Assembly (NCBI GenBank): GCA_010093995.1
Contig: ML992501.1
Location: 954,945-1,017,541, forward strand
From: Elsinoe ampelina
Lineage: Eukaryota
Length of the DNA: 62,597 nt
Reading direction: 5' to 3'
Below the pieces are notes generated by a model, which was not told the origin of the DNA, ran no database searches, and was given only the letters and a program-made list of their open reading frames with translations. The translations under genes and the position numbers were made by a program. Of this stretch, positions 22,491 through 34,349 are shown piece by piece (positions within the stretch are counted from its first letter, which is position 1; every line of letters begins with the position of its first letter).

Positions 22491-22936
22491 GATGGCTGTC
22501 TGGGTAAGGGAGGATTGTATTGAATGTTGACGACGGAATGGATGGGTGTGAAGATAGCTGGTTTCTGAAGTCCGCAACGCCGCCCAAACGTGCCTTTCGG
22601 CTCTAGGTCACGTGGGAGAAAGCAAAGTCATTCCAGATACCATTAAGCTTCTGAGCAGAACGTGAAAGAAGAGCTATTTCCCGTAATCGTTACCCAATAT
22701 CAAAAATTGCGCTGCGCGTTGAAGGACCGAGACACCTTCGCTATGTACAAAACGACTCTCACTGGCGGACCTAACTTCTCCTCTTCCATCCCACCATGAG
22801 CTTTGCCATGACCATCAACTTTTCAAATTGAACTGTGTTCGGGTAGCCCCCCTCTCCATGACATAGTCGGACTCATATCCTTCACAACTTGTCGACCGTC
22901 CTATCGATATGGCTGGTTTCGCGGCCTCATGCCTGG

Positions 22937-23359
22937 TCACTTCCGGCCCTTCTTCGACCTCGGCGTTGAGGAGGTCGTTGTTCGCTTGCGTGGTGTCTCG
23001 ACCTTCTGAGCCTTGGGTTTCGCGCTCTTTCTCCGAGAAGGCCCATTTGCCTTCGACTTGGCCACTTTGCTGACGGTTCTGCTGTTCGCAGAGGCTTTGT
23101 TCTTGAGCGATGAGCTTGCGGCCTTTTCTGCGGGCTTCGGTCGAGATGACCGTGGTCGGAGATCGTACCGACTGACAACAGGCCGATCCAGTTTTGATTT
23201 TGGTTTCGACACGCGCGAAGTCGAGGAAGATTTCAATACTTGTTGCTGCATCTCGAGTAATTGTTCGGTCGTTGTGTCCGTCGCTATCGCCATGCCGTGC
23301 AATGGACCTGGCGCCCTCCGCAATCCGCCGAACAAGCTGGTTGGTACTTCAGGTATCAT
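22937..23359 (-). CDS. Small basic K/R/S-rich protein (copy 1), 140 aa
   Basis: ATG-started ORF with RYDLRPR motif and K-rich tail; paralog at 28316-28819. Confidence 0.6.
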   Translation of the reverse strand: MIPEVPTSLFGGLRRAPGPLHGMAIATDTTTEQLLEMQQQVLKSSSTSRVSKPKSKLDRPVVSRYDLRPRSSRPKPAEKAASSSLKNKASANSRTVSKVAKSKANGPSRRKSAKPKAQKVETPRKRTTTSSTPRSKKGRK

Positions 23360-23905
23360 GATCTCTCTTCGTTATTACAGTGACGATATATCTCGGTGTG
23401 AAAAGTAGAGGCATCGAGGTGGAGGAGCAAGATCTCGTCGCGTCACTTCTTAAGCGCCCACTTTCAGCGTCTTGTGCGGACAACCGCTTCATCAAGCGCC
23501 AGCGCATTCGCCGCGTTTCATGGATTGCCAAGACCACGAGCTACACCACACCCCTGTCGCACACAGCCATATGCTCATGCAGATTTATGCAACAAACATG
23601 TTGGCTGGCGCTGTGTGCTACACTTTCAGCGGCGTACAATCGAATCGCTTATGCACAGACATCGAGCTAATGGTTCTCGATCAAAAGAGACCACTGATCT
23701 GCGATACTGGCTCGTTTCTGTGACAGGGTGGGTCTAGAGACTGCTGGCCGTGAGCAATCCATGATATTTTGGGAGCTGCTCGAGGCCGGCGCTTATGCTC
23801 CGCTGCTGAACGGTCGAAGGTGGACAGAGGCATAGTGTACCGACCGATATATGTCTTCCTCCAGCATGAGGCCCTACAATCCCTTCTCCTCGTGGAGAGA
23901 TAGCT

Positions 23906-26142
23906 ATGGCACAACAAGAATTGGAAGTCCTCTACTTCGCAGCAGACCCGAGTTGCCCGGCGTCACAACGAGCTCTGGAGCTTCCTTGTAACCAACAGTA
24001 CATTCGATACCGACAATTCCACTTATCAGGTGTGCCTGCGGAGGGTTCTGAAGCACCATGGCACAGGTGTTTCTGTCTCAGCATTCCGAAAGCCTACTTT
24101 GATCGATCACAAGTCTGGGTGGGGAGACTGGGAAGTCTTCCCGATGTTGGTGGAATTCACTTACCAGAGCCCGACGGCAGTCTTGCGACCAGTGTTCTCT
24201 TTGCCTTCTCGTATCGACCGCATCAACCACTTCCAGGTCCTAATCTCTTCGCTCTAAACTGCACGGAGGGGAGTGTGCTTCGCATCCACGATCCCATGAA
24301 CTCGGAGGACGAGGCGAAGAACCAAATGACGTTCTTGCAGCAGGGGACTGCTTGGTATCTCAAGAGTGTGCGGACTATCAGACTTGGCAGCTACTCCTTT
24401 TTGACCCATATGCCCATCAACAATCTTGAGGCAACGACCTCAGTCGTGACAGAGCTTCAGAAGATTGCCGAGCCACTGGTTGAATACGATGGCCAATATC
24501 TTTGGAAGCGTCTGGACATCCTTTTAGGCAAGGGCGCCTGTGGCGAAGTTTGGCTGAAGCGAGACATGCTCACTGGTACATTGAAGGCCGTCAAGCAGAT
24601 GAAGTTCCTGAAATCGCAGGTCGTGGAACTTCGTAACGCCAGGGCAGAGATGTATCGAGCCAAAGCGCTCAATCATGTAGGTGAACAGCTCTTGCCCTTC
24701 GACAATGAGACTGACGCATGCAGGACAACATTGTCAAGACGTTCTTCGGGGACGAGCACGACGATACTGCGGCCGGTCAGCCAGCAGTGAGGATCGAAAT
24801 TGTCATGGATCCATATCCCATATCGCTGCAAGCCATGATCGAGGTTGGTCTCGCCAAGACGCATGTCCGACACATTGGTCTCGACATCAGTGAAGGGTTG
24901 AAGTATCTGCAGGCCCGACACATTTTCCATTGCGACCTGAAACCGGACAATGTACTGGTCAGGTTTCCCATCTTCAACGAAAAGATCTTGACGATGGATC
25001 CACATCGCAGGCTACAATATCTCGACTTCAATCAGAAATTCAGCTTCTGCATCTCCGACTTCGGCTTCTCACGCCAGTCCGAAGAGTACTGCCAATCTTA
25101 CCTGGGGACTCCCATCTATATGGCTCCGGAGATACGTGCCATCAACGCTCGTCGGAATGTCAAGATCGACTACACCAATGCTGTCGACGTTTACTCTTTC
25201 GGCATGATCATCTTTGCTGTGGTTGATTACATGCGTTGGATGAAGTTACTCCGGCAAGACGGCTACGAGTCTCATCAGTCGGTCCAGAGATGGGCTGCAA
25301 CCAGGCACCACAAAAATTACGTATGGGCGCTCGTCAGTGCCATGATCACTGTCAGAGCCGCTCATCGACCTAGCATTCAAGCGATTCGGGACGCTTTCTT
25401 TCATGAGCACTTCGAAACATCACAGGCCCCGGAATTCGAGATGGCCAGCATCTTGGAAGAATCAACCCCACCGTCGACTGTGATACCGGCCCTGACCGCA
25501 CCAAAGATCGAACGTCCTCCCCCAGCTCTCTCTGGAGGTCGCCAGAATGCTCCAGGAGTGACAGAGCGTCCCGCCCTTCTTCTCACGAATACGAAGAGAG
25601 ATGGGGTAGCAGGTGTCGTTCCTCGTCCGAAAGTCGATTTCACGAACGAGATGGAGCGAATGACCACCAACAAGCATCTTCGGGCAGATAACATCTTTGC
25701 AAGGGCGGAGCGAGCGCATGACATTCTTGATCGGACCAGCAAGCCGACAGCTCACAAGAAGCTTCCGAAGCAGCATGCAATACCTGGTAGCTCTCGCACC
25801 GTGGATGTCACTGAACGCCACGTCACCCACAAGGTCAACAAAGGCGGTGTTACCAAGAAGTCGGGTAGCTCTGGTCACCGCTCGTTGAGAATGCAGACCG
25901 CCACAGCTGAAAGGCTACACGAGACCCTGCTGGAGTCAATCGAAGAACAGACGAGCGAGTCGCCATCGAAGAAGGTGCTGGCATTCCTCATGGCAGTCCC
26001 AGTGGTGCTGCTCGGAGCACTGGGGCTTGCAGGTACTGCACCCGAAGCATGCATCGAGGATGACGACGGCCTCGGCAGATTCAACAACTCGCTTGGTGTG
26101 AAGATACCTGGAGCTTACTGCTCAAGTAAGAGGGGATTGTGA
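23906..26142 (+). CDS. Ser/Thr protein kinase (copy 1, non-RD HCD loop), possible degenerate N-terminal FHA-like region; intron 24677-24723
   Basis: GKGACGEV, AVK, HCDLKPDN, DFG, YMAPE and DVYSFG; a 47-nt intron joins LNH|DNIVK in frame. Confidence 0.88.
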
Positions 26143-26806
26143 GAGCTTCGGCAAGAGAGGTGTCGGAGGTATTGTACGAGGCATTGTCAATTTCTGTCAT
26201 GTTCATTTTGTCTTGCTTGCTTGGATCTTGCGTAGAGCTTGTTCGGTGTTGGTATAGATGTACTCATATTCTATGTAGTAACATCAGTGATAATGGCCGC
26301 TTGTGCGAATTCCAGGATCCGCTATATTTCATGATGCAACCAGCGTACTTGCCACGTTCCTCAAGAGTGAGGTTTGGTCACGTGATACCTAGCTCCGGGG
26401 TTGTGTCTGAAACGTGCGGGCGCTTAAATTTGCGAAGCGCCCGAGCTGTTCTCTCACCTTTCTTCCTCAAACATGACGGGATACAGCTCATGCGTTCTCC
26501 ATCAACTGTGTTTCGGTTCAAGTGCACGGGATGTGAAACATACGGTAGGCAGCGCTCGAGGTGGGCGGCTGCCTTATTGAAGTGGTCTGCTCACATGTGA
26601 CAGTGCCAGACACGTCCGAGGACGCGGGCCTGGTGTTCGCGTCTTTGTCCGTTTCAATAGACATTCTGACTGGTCTCTGTGAGATAATTGTTATTGTTGC
26701 ACAAAAGTATGAGTCTTCTTGAGTCGTAAGATAAATCCCTTAGACGTGCGCTTGTCCCCTGGTTGCTCACCGCCAGCTGTCACTCATCCTCGACACGACC
26801 AGCGTC

Positions 26807-27757
26807 ATGGGCAAACGTCTTCCCAGGACAGTCGAAAGGAAGACAGGTCCTGACCATCTCGCGCCCGAGACGAAAGATCCACCATCATCTCCGGCTCGAC
26901 TGTCGGTCGGACAGCTGTCAGGTCACCTCGAGTATCCTTTCTCTCCACCACATCGCCAGACAATGAAGCCGACCGTCTTTCCAACATGGTCGAGCGACAA
27001 TGAAACGCCGCAGAACGACTACAGGACAAGGCTCGACCCGAGACCAGATTTCTCACGAGCACTGCGCGACATGAACGAGGGCATACAAGCTGGACCGCAA
27101 TCCCCAGCATCCTTGTTCGACTGCCATACTCCACCAGGACGCAAGGCAAGCGCCACCTTGGTATTCGACATGGTCCCACCAGCTCTATTCGTAACCAACC
27201 CCAATCCCTGGTCAAAAGAAAGCGGTCACATCCCTGTATGGGAACTGTACAAAACCCGAAACGAAGACTCAGCCGGCCCAGCCCGCCCAGCCGCCAGCAC
27301 CGACAGCGCGGCGGTAATCTTGCAGAATCTCAGGCACAAATGTCTACTCGGAGGACCTTCCCAGCACGACGACGAAGATCTCTCCGGCTCTCTCCCCACC
27401 GCACAATACCCCAAGCTGGTCCAGAAATCCCATCCCTCCTGCAGCCAACCCTTCCGCCGGGTCCAGACTGGTCGTGTCAAGAAGTCCCACTCCACTCGGC
27501 GTAAGCGGGCAAGAGTGGTACTGATCCACTGCTTCGAAGACAGGGTGGAGGCTTTGAGGGCGGACACTATCGGTGAGATGATCATCGTTGGTTGTGCTAT
27601 CGCCGGCTTGGTGTCGGTGATATGCAGAGGGGTGTGCAGGAGCTCGGTCGTCACTGACATTGCGGAGAGGTTTGAGAAGGCGGTGGATGAGGCTATTGAT
27701 AATGAGGAGGTGTGGAAGGGAGAGAGTGTTGGGAGGGTGCCGGGGGCTTTTTACTGA
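26807..27757 (+). CDS. Kinase-less paralog sharing the C-terminal tail of the flanking kinases, 316 aa
   Basis: C-terminus FEKAVDEAIDNEEVWKGESVGRVPGAFY resembles kinase 2 (AFDNAIDNEKLYKDSLCVRVPGAFY); no kinase motifs. Confidence 0.65.
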   Translation: MGKRLPRTVERKTGPDHLAPETKDPPSSPARLSVGQLSGHLEYPFSPPHRQTMKPTVFPTWSSDNETPQNDYRTRLDPRPDFSRALRDMNEGIQAGPQSPASLFDCHTPPGRKASATLVFDMVPPALFVTNPNPWSKESGHIPVWELYKTRNEDSAGPARPAASTDSAAVILQNLRHKCLLGGPSQHDDEDLSGSLPTAQYPKLVQKSHPSCSQPFRRVQTGRVKKSHSTRRKRARVVLIHCFEDRVEALRADTIGEMIIVGCAIAGLVSVICRGVCRSSVVTDIAERFEKAVDEAIDNEEVWKGESVGRVPGAFY

Positions 27758-28315
27758 GGGTGTTGGAAGGTTGGGGTGCAAGTTGGGATATGGTATGAAG
27801 GATGATTGCTGTCTCCTTTATTGGCGCGAGTAATGCAGTGAATAGTGGTCTGTGGGATGCGGCAGAGAGGATCAACAGGTACGGACAGGGAGACTGGTCT
27901 TGGGAGGGGGAACTTCGCGGTCGACACCAGCAGTGGTGGAGGCTGCGCCTTAGCATAGCTTTAGTATAGCAATAACGAATCAATACGAGCAATCCATTGA
28001 TGTTGTACCTTGACTGTATCTCATCATGAACGCTGCGGTAGGGAGATATGTAGGTGCGGAGAATCGTGTGATCGGAAATGCAATCATTATTGGAGTGTCA
28101 GGCCTAAATGGGTGGACGATGCGCAAACCTTTCCATGCATGCTCCTTGCTTTGAGCTGATCAGACCAGTGACGCCTTGCTATATACATGATGAGCAATGC
28201 TGCGTTGTGCGGTCGTAAGTCGTAAAGATGAAGTTGACAAGGGACGGCCAGCCGTCTCATCTTCGTTCGTTCTCGTTCATGGTGATTCAAGATGCTCGTG
28301 GAGTGATCTCGTCGG

Positions 28316-28819
28316 TCACTTCTTCGACTTTCGCCCTTTCTTCGCCTGACCTTTTGCCGGCGTCTTCGTCTTGGTCTTCGTCTTCGCAGGTGTCGTCTTT
28401 TCTTTGGTGCGCTTTGCTGCAGAAGATTTTGCGGGAGTCCGACGCTTCGACTTGGTCACTTTGCTCGTTGTAGCTGACGCCGGAGGCTTGGAATCTGGTG
28501 CTCGTGGTTTTCGAGGTCGGAGGTTGTATCTTTGTGTTGCCGCATCTGTTCTCGCCTCCGCCTCGACCAGGCGCACCGGGGGATCTTGCGCCGGAGTTTC
28601 TCTTGTCTTTCTTGGAGGTCTCTCAAATGTCGTAGGGATCGGCTCAACAAGGATTCTGGATGCAGCTGAGATGCGATGGTATACCAGTCCTGGCATCGCC
28701 TCCGGACCTTCCGGCGCGAGTTTATGCAGATTGGTGCCTCGAGGCAGCAGTACGCCACTCCATGGACTGACATGTTTCGGTGCGTCGAATATCGGACTTA
28801 GCGATTCCCTAGGCCGCAT
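28316..28819 (-). CDS. Small basic K/T/A-rich protein (copy 2), 167 aa
   Basis: RYNLRPRK motif, SKVTKSK and histone-H1-like K-rich tail; paralog of 22937-23359. Confidence 0.62.
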   Translation of the reverse strand: MRPRESLSPIFDAPKHVSPWSGVLLPRGTNLHKLAPEGPEAMPGLVYHRISAASRILVEPIPTTFERPPRKTRETPAQDPPVRLVEAEARTDAATQRYNLRPRKPRAPDSKPPASATTSKVTKSKRRTPAKSSAAKRTKEKTTPAKTKTKTKTPAKGQAKKGRKSKK

Positions 28820-29450
28820 CTTGTCGAAAGATTTTGTTGCGCCGAAGGGACGGCCGGGAGAACTTGATGGACTTTATGAGAAGCATACAAAGACAGATTG
28901 TATATGGTTGAGTTTACAGCGGCCTGTCCAGCGGCCAAAATGTAAGCGCCGAACCACCCTCTGCCGAGGCGCATGTGGCCAATGAATGCTTTGAGATGTG
29001 CGGGCTGTGGGCCGCCGCGCGAACGACTCAAAACCTGCCAAGTTAAATTACATTCCGTCTTCCTGTCTCCTTTCCTGCACATCCAGAACTTCTGAAACTC
29101 CTCGAAGGTACAGCTGTCGGCGCTTCGCCATGCGTGTCAAGCCATACGCTTCGCGCTCGACCTGTCCAATATTAGAAACAACTGCGCCTGTCCGACCATT
29201 ATCGTCGGCTCAACAGAAAATGAGCCCCTTCGTTCACCGATGTCAAGGACGGACCATATCAGATGCAGTCAGTACGTCCAACCAGCCCTTGGGGCGGCTC
29301 TGTCGTGTTTCGAGAAATATGGATTCATTGCACCCAATGAATCTGTGATGTGATGAGGCTACATAAGTTCAGGTGAGGGAGCTGTTCTTTCCATCCCAGA
29401 TTGATCAACGCAAGACACATATCCGCATAAGAAAGAGTACATCCTCATCC

Positions 29451-32089
29451 ATGATCGCCTCGTTGGGGCGTCCGCCCTGGCGAGTGGAAGCCTTGGTGCT
29501 TGTCCCCGCAGCTGGCTGCGACATTGCCACACAAGCACTTCGGTTACCGGAGAATCTCCCTCACGTTGCGAGACGAAGCGTGACGCTTCATGGTCGGCAT
29601 GGCCCAAGAGTTGCGCAAGAGCACGATTGTTTTGTCATTACGATTACTGATGAGGGTCTTGACGCGGACGGAAGATGGCGCTTCGCCCTGGCCAGTCTTC
29701 TCCGAGCTCATGGTCTGTACTTGCCAGATCCAGGCGGCGAGAAGCCAATTGACTCATACCTGGTTTACGGCTATCGACCCGACGAAGTTGTGTCTGGGCC
29801 TGAGCTCTTCATGCGCGTCCGCCCGGGCACTGCACGTGCCAGTTTGCTTGATCCCCTCACACAAGAGGAACACGAGTCTGGAGCCCCAGAAGCATTGGAA
29901 GGCGACACCAGGTACCTCCGGCGACTTCGATACCTCACCATCGGAAGCTATGAGTTCGACGTTCACATGCTTGGAGCAGAGGTCGACTCGATCAGCGTTC
30001 CGGATCCCGATATCCTTCGCCAAGTCTCCTATCCCGTGCTCAACGGATCGTTGGAGAAGGAATTCAGGCCGACAAAGCATGTACTCGGCAAGGGTAGCTT
30101 CGGGACAGTGCGAATCGCAAAGGGAGTGAGGACGGGCATTGTAGTGGCGTGTAAGGAGATGGTCTTCGATCGGAGACGACCCGGAGTCGAAGCCTACATG
30201 AGACACGCTTTGCATGAGAGAGAACTGTCTATTTCGCTGAGACATGTAAGGACAACGTCTTCGAAGCGTGTCTGATATACTGACACCTACAGCGCAATGT
30301 CGTTCACACCATCTTCGGCGACACTCAACATGATCACGATCCGTCCACTGGGGAGGTCATTTTTACTCGCCACCGCATCATGATGGACCCTTGCCCCTTC
30401 AGTCTTGACGACATGATCACGGTCGACCTTGCGAAAGATCATCTGCTTCGCGCTGCCGTTGATGTTGCCGGAGGTTTATCTTTCATCCACGGGCAGGGAA
30501 TTGCGCATAGAGACCTCAAGCCAGGGAACATACTTGTTCGCTTCGACAGACTAGCAGAAGACATCTTCGCAATTGCCAGGTCCGATAGGCATCGATATCT
30601 CGACTTCACCCAGGCTTTCACTTTCTGTCTGGCTGACTTCGGTCTCTCACGTCATCGACGTAACGGCTTCATGACTTTTTGCGGGACACGTCAGTATCTC
30701 GCACCAGAATTGCGGGTCAAGGACGACGAAGCCAACGGAGCGGAGATGCCAGGCATACACAGCGAAGACATATATACCAATGCAGTCGACATGTACGCCC
30801 TTGGCGTCACTCTTTTCGAGATTCGCGATTCGTCCGGCATGGAGGCAGCGATGGGGCCCTCCAACGTGCCACATTGGGCCAAGTTCTTGGAGATTGTCAG
30901 GCAACGTCGACACGACGATTGGATGTGGCACCTCATCTACCGTCTACTCCATGATGATCCTGCTCGTAGGCCGCTTGCAGAGAGCATGCTACAAGAGCTC
31001 GAGATCGCATCGCTTTTGTCAGTGCCGTACGATTGCAGTCCGTCTCCTCCAGGTTCTCCTCACCATGGCTCCACCGGATTCCTCTCGGCGATTGACTCCC
31101 AATGCGCGGAAGAAGATACACCTGCCACTGCGAATGGTCAAAGCCCTCCGATTCATGGATCTGAGGTTGTGCAGTCCAGCTTCGGCCCGGAAGTTGAACC
31201 CAGCAAGGAACTGGTAGTTACGATCAAGCCGGTACTACCACTGGCAGGACCACTTGGTCGAACCCCTCTCCGGGAGACGTCTGCCAACCTGACATCTCCT
31301 GAACCGCAGACCAAGTCGGTGCGCTTCCACCTACCAGAGACCGGCGGTCTAGCTTCAGAAGATACTGAGAACGTCACCGCAAACCAGAAGGTCAAGCGCA
31401 CTGCGACGTTTCGCTTTCCCGATCGGATGGAGGGCTTGTTCAATTCGTCGCTCAGCTCCGACGAGGCTTCCACGATCCGCTCGGCTCAGTCCGTTGCAAC
31501 ACCCCAAGGCACCAAACGCAAGTCAAAGTTCCGCTTTCCCGATCGCATGGGGGGCCTCTTCAACACCTCTCTTAGCTCCGATGAGGCACCGACAATCCGC
31601 CCAGCTCAGTCTACGGTCTTGCAAAGCATCCACGAGGATGAGACCGAACCTCCTTCTTCTGGTGGCTTCGACAACATGTTTGCCTCTGCCGCCAACCAGG
31701 CCAACGAGGGAAAGAAGCGGAAACCGAAACGCGACTCATCCTCCCACGACCCGCTGGCCAAGGTCGACGCAGGTCGCATCGATCGGAAGTCCAGCACTGT
31801 TCACCGTAAGCACACCGCAGCTCTCGATGTCCTGTCCTCCAAGCATCGGAGCAAAGCGCTCAAGCCTGGACTCGTTGACAAGATGCTCATGGCAGTCGAC
31901 ACATTTGCCAACATCGTCTCGATTGGCTGCGATGGCGCATTCAACAACGCAGCCGTCAGTGCCATCAGGAGGGTGGTCTCGCAAGCGTTCGACAACGCGA
32001 TCGACAATGAGAAGTTGTACAAGGATTCTCTCTGTGTCAGGGTACCTGGCGCTTTCTATTCGGTCAAGGCTGCGGAGCGTTGCATTTGA
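29451..32089 (+). CDS. Ser/Thr protein kinase (copy 2); intron 30246-30292
   Basis: GKGSFGTV, ACK, HRDLKPGN, DFG, YLAPE and DMYALG; 47-nt intron at the same position as in copy 1 (LRH|RNVVH). Confidence 0.88.
31409..31612 (+). repeat. Two-copy coding repeat, 120-nt period, in the kinase 2 tail
   Basis: FRFPDRMEGLFNSSLSSDEASTIRSAQS versus FRFPDRMGGLFNTSLSSDEAPTIRPAQS. Confidence 0.85.
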
Positions 32090-32866
32090 GTTCACATGTT
32101 TCTACTATGGTTTGGTCAGGGTTGCAAGTATTGTTCTTGGAGTTCTGCAACTGCTTCACTGTTTCATCGACTGTTTCACCGACTGTTTCTGCAAGATCAT
32201 GCCTGGATATTTGTAATGCGGCAAAGGGATGGACGGAAGGAAGGTGGAACATATCACGACACCAGCGCTTCGGCTGCTTTTCACGAGTAGATAGTCACAC
32301 TGAATGAAAATACCAATACCAATATCAACGTGATGTCCACGGTACCTCGCACCTTCATGAGAGCGCAATGTCACACTGGCCTCCTCGACAGCTTATCGGT
32401 CAAATAAGCTGACTCCCACCATTTGCCTCGACGACTCGCAGTCCAGTCCTTCTTTGCAGCTCCTTGCCTATCTTTTCTGCCATGCAGCTTTGCTCCCAAT
32501 GCTTCATAATCACAAGCTTCATTCCTGCGGCATCAATGCACCTTCGAGGATCATACCGCTTCTGGTCGACCCCCATGTCAGCCCACCACGCTCTTCATCT
32601 CGCCCTTTCTTCCGGACAGTCTCCTGCTTCTCGCCCGCACCAGATCCGGCCCACCACCAGTGATTCCAGTGGCAGGCCGAGCACGCAGAGAGTAAGACCT
32701 CGCGCTTGACTCTGCTACCTTCCTCGGTCTTCGAGAACACCTTTTGCTGCGCGTCACTGGAGGCGCTCGACAGATTTCTTCTGCCATCGAGTCTGATCGT
32801 GCTATTGCTTGCAATGGCCCCTCGACCGGTGCTTCTGATGATCTGCTCAAGCTCACCACCCGGCCC

Positions 32867-33863
32867 TCAGTCCTCCACAACACCCACCACGGCCTCCCCA
32901 CCCCACGGCGTGGGCACCCACCCCACCTCCTCCTGCCTCCCCTCCTCTCTCCTCCTCAAACCCTTCGGCATCAAACTCCCCGGCCTCAGCTTCAAATACG
33001 CCTCCCTCCTCGTCCCCAACCTCCAAGCCTGCCTCCCCAACCCCGTCCTGCCCTTCTGTCCCCTCACCGCGCCAGTCAAATAATCCCTATGATACGCCAT
33101 CCAATCCCACAAGCCCCCCTCATCAGCCTTATACCCGATCTCCTCCCCACAATGCGTCCCATCCTCCCCTTTACGAGAGGAGGAACACAACGGCGCCACC
33201 TTCCCCAGCCTGCCTTCGCCAAAATACCACGCCATGGTGTGCATGCTCTCGTGCGTCCACGCCGCCATCGCGTAGGATCCGGCGGAGAGGTTGGCGCTGT
33301 GGCTGACGGAGAACCAGCCCACGTCTGCGGCCGAAGAGGTGCCCCACATGGCGTGCTCGGTGAAGGCGGCGTAGATGGCGACGCCGTCCCAGAGGGCCGG
33401 GGAGACGTGGGCCGCGACGTCGGTGGGGAGGTGGTCGGGGGAGATCATGCCTGGGAAGGAGGAGGAGACGGTGGTGAGGGGGCAGGGGGAGACGAGGACG
33501 TGGGTTTCGAGGTGGAGGCGGGAGGAGGTGAGGTTGGAGATGCTGGGGCGGGGGTTAGTGTTGACTGGAAGGGGGAGAGGGAGGGAGAGGGGGGGAAGGG
33601 GAAGGGAGGCGTACGTCTCTGGCCATGTGGTGAGAAAGGCTTTGGTCGCGGCGTCGATCTCGGTTTGGGAGAGGTGGCCGACCCATTTTCCGCCGGCGGA
33701 GACGTTGGGTTTGATGATCATTAGCCAACGTTGGTAGCTCTGTGATGTGTCAGACCATGTGGTGATGATGTAGTAGATCACGTACTTCGATCGGCATTTG
33801 TGCCCACGCCTGTGGTAGCAGTGCCAGCACCGCCACGACATGGCGTAAGGTAGAGAGGAGCAT
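32867..33863 (-). CDS. Secreted protein with an HExxH zincin-like motif; introns 33785-33740 and 33614-33543
   Basis: Spliced N-terminus MLLSTLRHVVAVLALLPQAWA is signal-peptide-like; both introns are GTACGY..CT(A/G)AC..CAG; WTHESMHTMA. Confidence 0.7.
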
Positions 33864-34349
33864 TATCTCGCAGCAGATGTTTAGATCTTGAAAGATATAA
33901 TGGACGTGAGGAGAAAGTCAGAAGATACAGAAATTGCAAGATGCATGGCAGTGAAGGCATGCATCGTGAAATGTTTGTTACCTCTTCACAATAGCCAGGG
34001 AGAATGCTATTGTCGCAGCACTGTCTCGAATCTCACCTACCAGCCCGGCATTCATCTTTCACCGACAGTCTCGAAACACAAGAACAAGAACAATTGGAAA
34101 TGCAAGAAGCCCGTGAGATGAATTGTTGATGAAACAAAGACGGCGCTTGATGAAGCGCGACAGCTGACGTTGTGGCCACCAACCAATCACACTCGGCAAG
34201 TCACTTGACAAGCAGATGATTCCAGACACAGGTCACGCACGTTGAGTCCGAAGCAGAAAGTGCACATTGGAATAAACATTAGAGTGATTCATTGCATTAT
34301 TACCGAGACATCTCATTCATGCCCATTCATATCTCCAACCATCAGCCAT

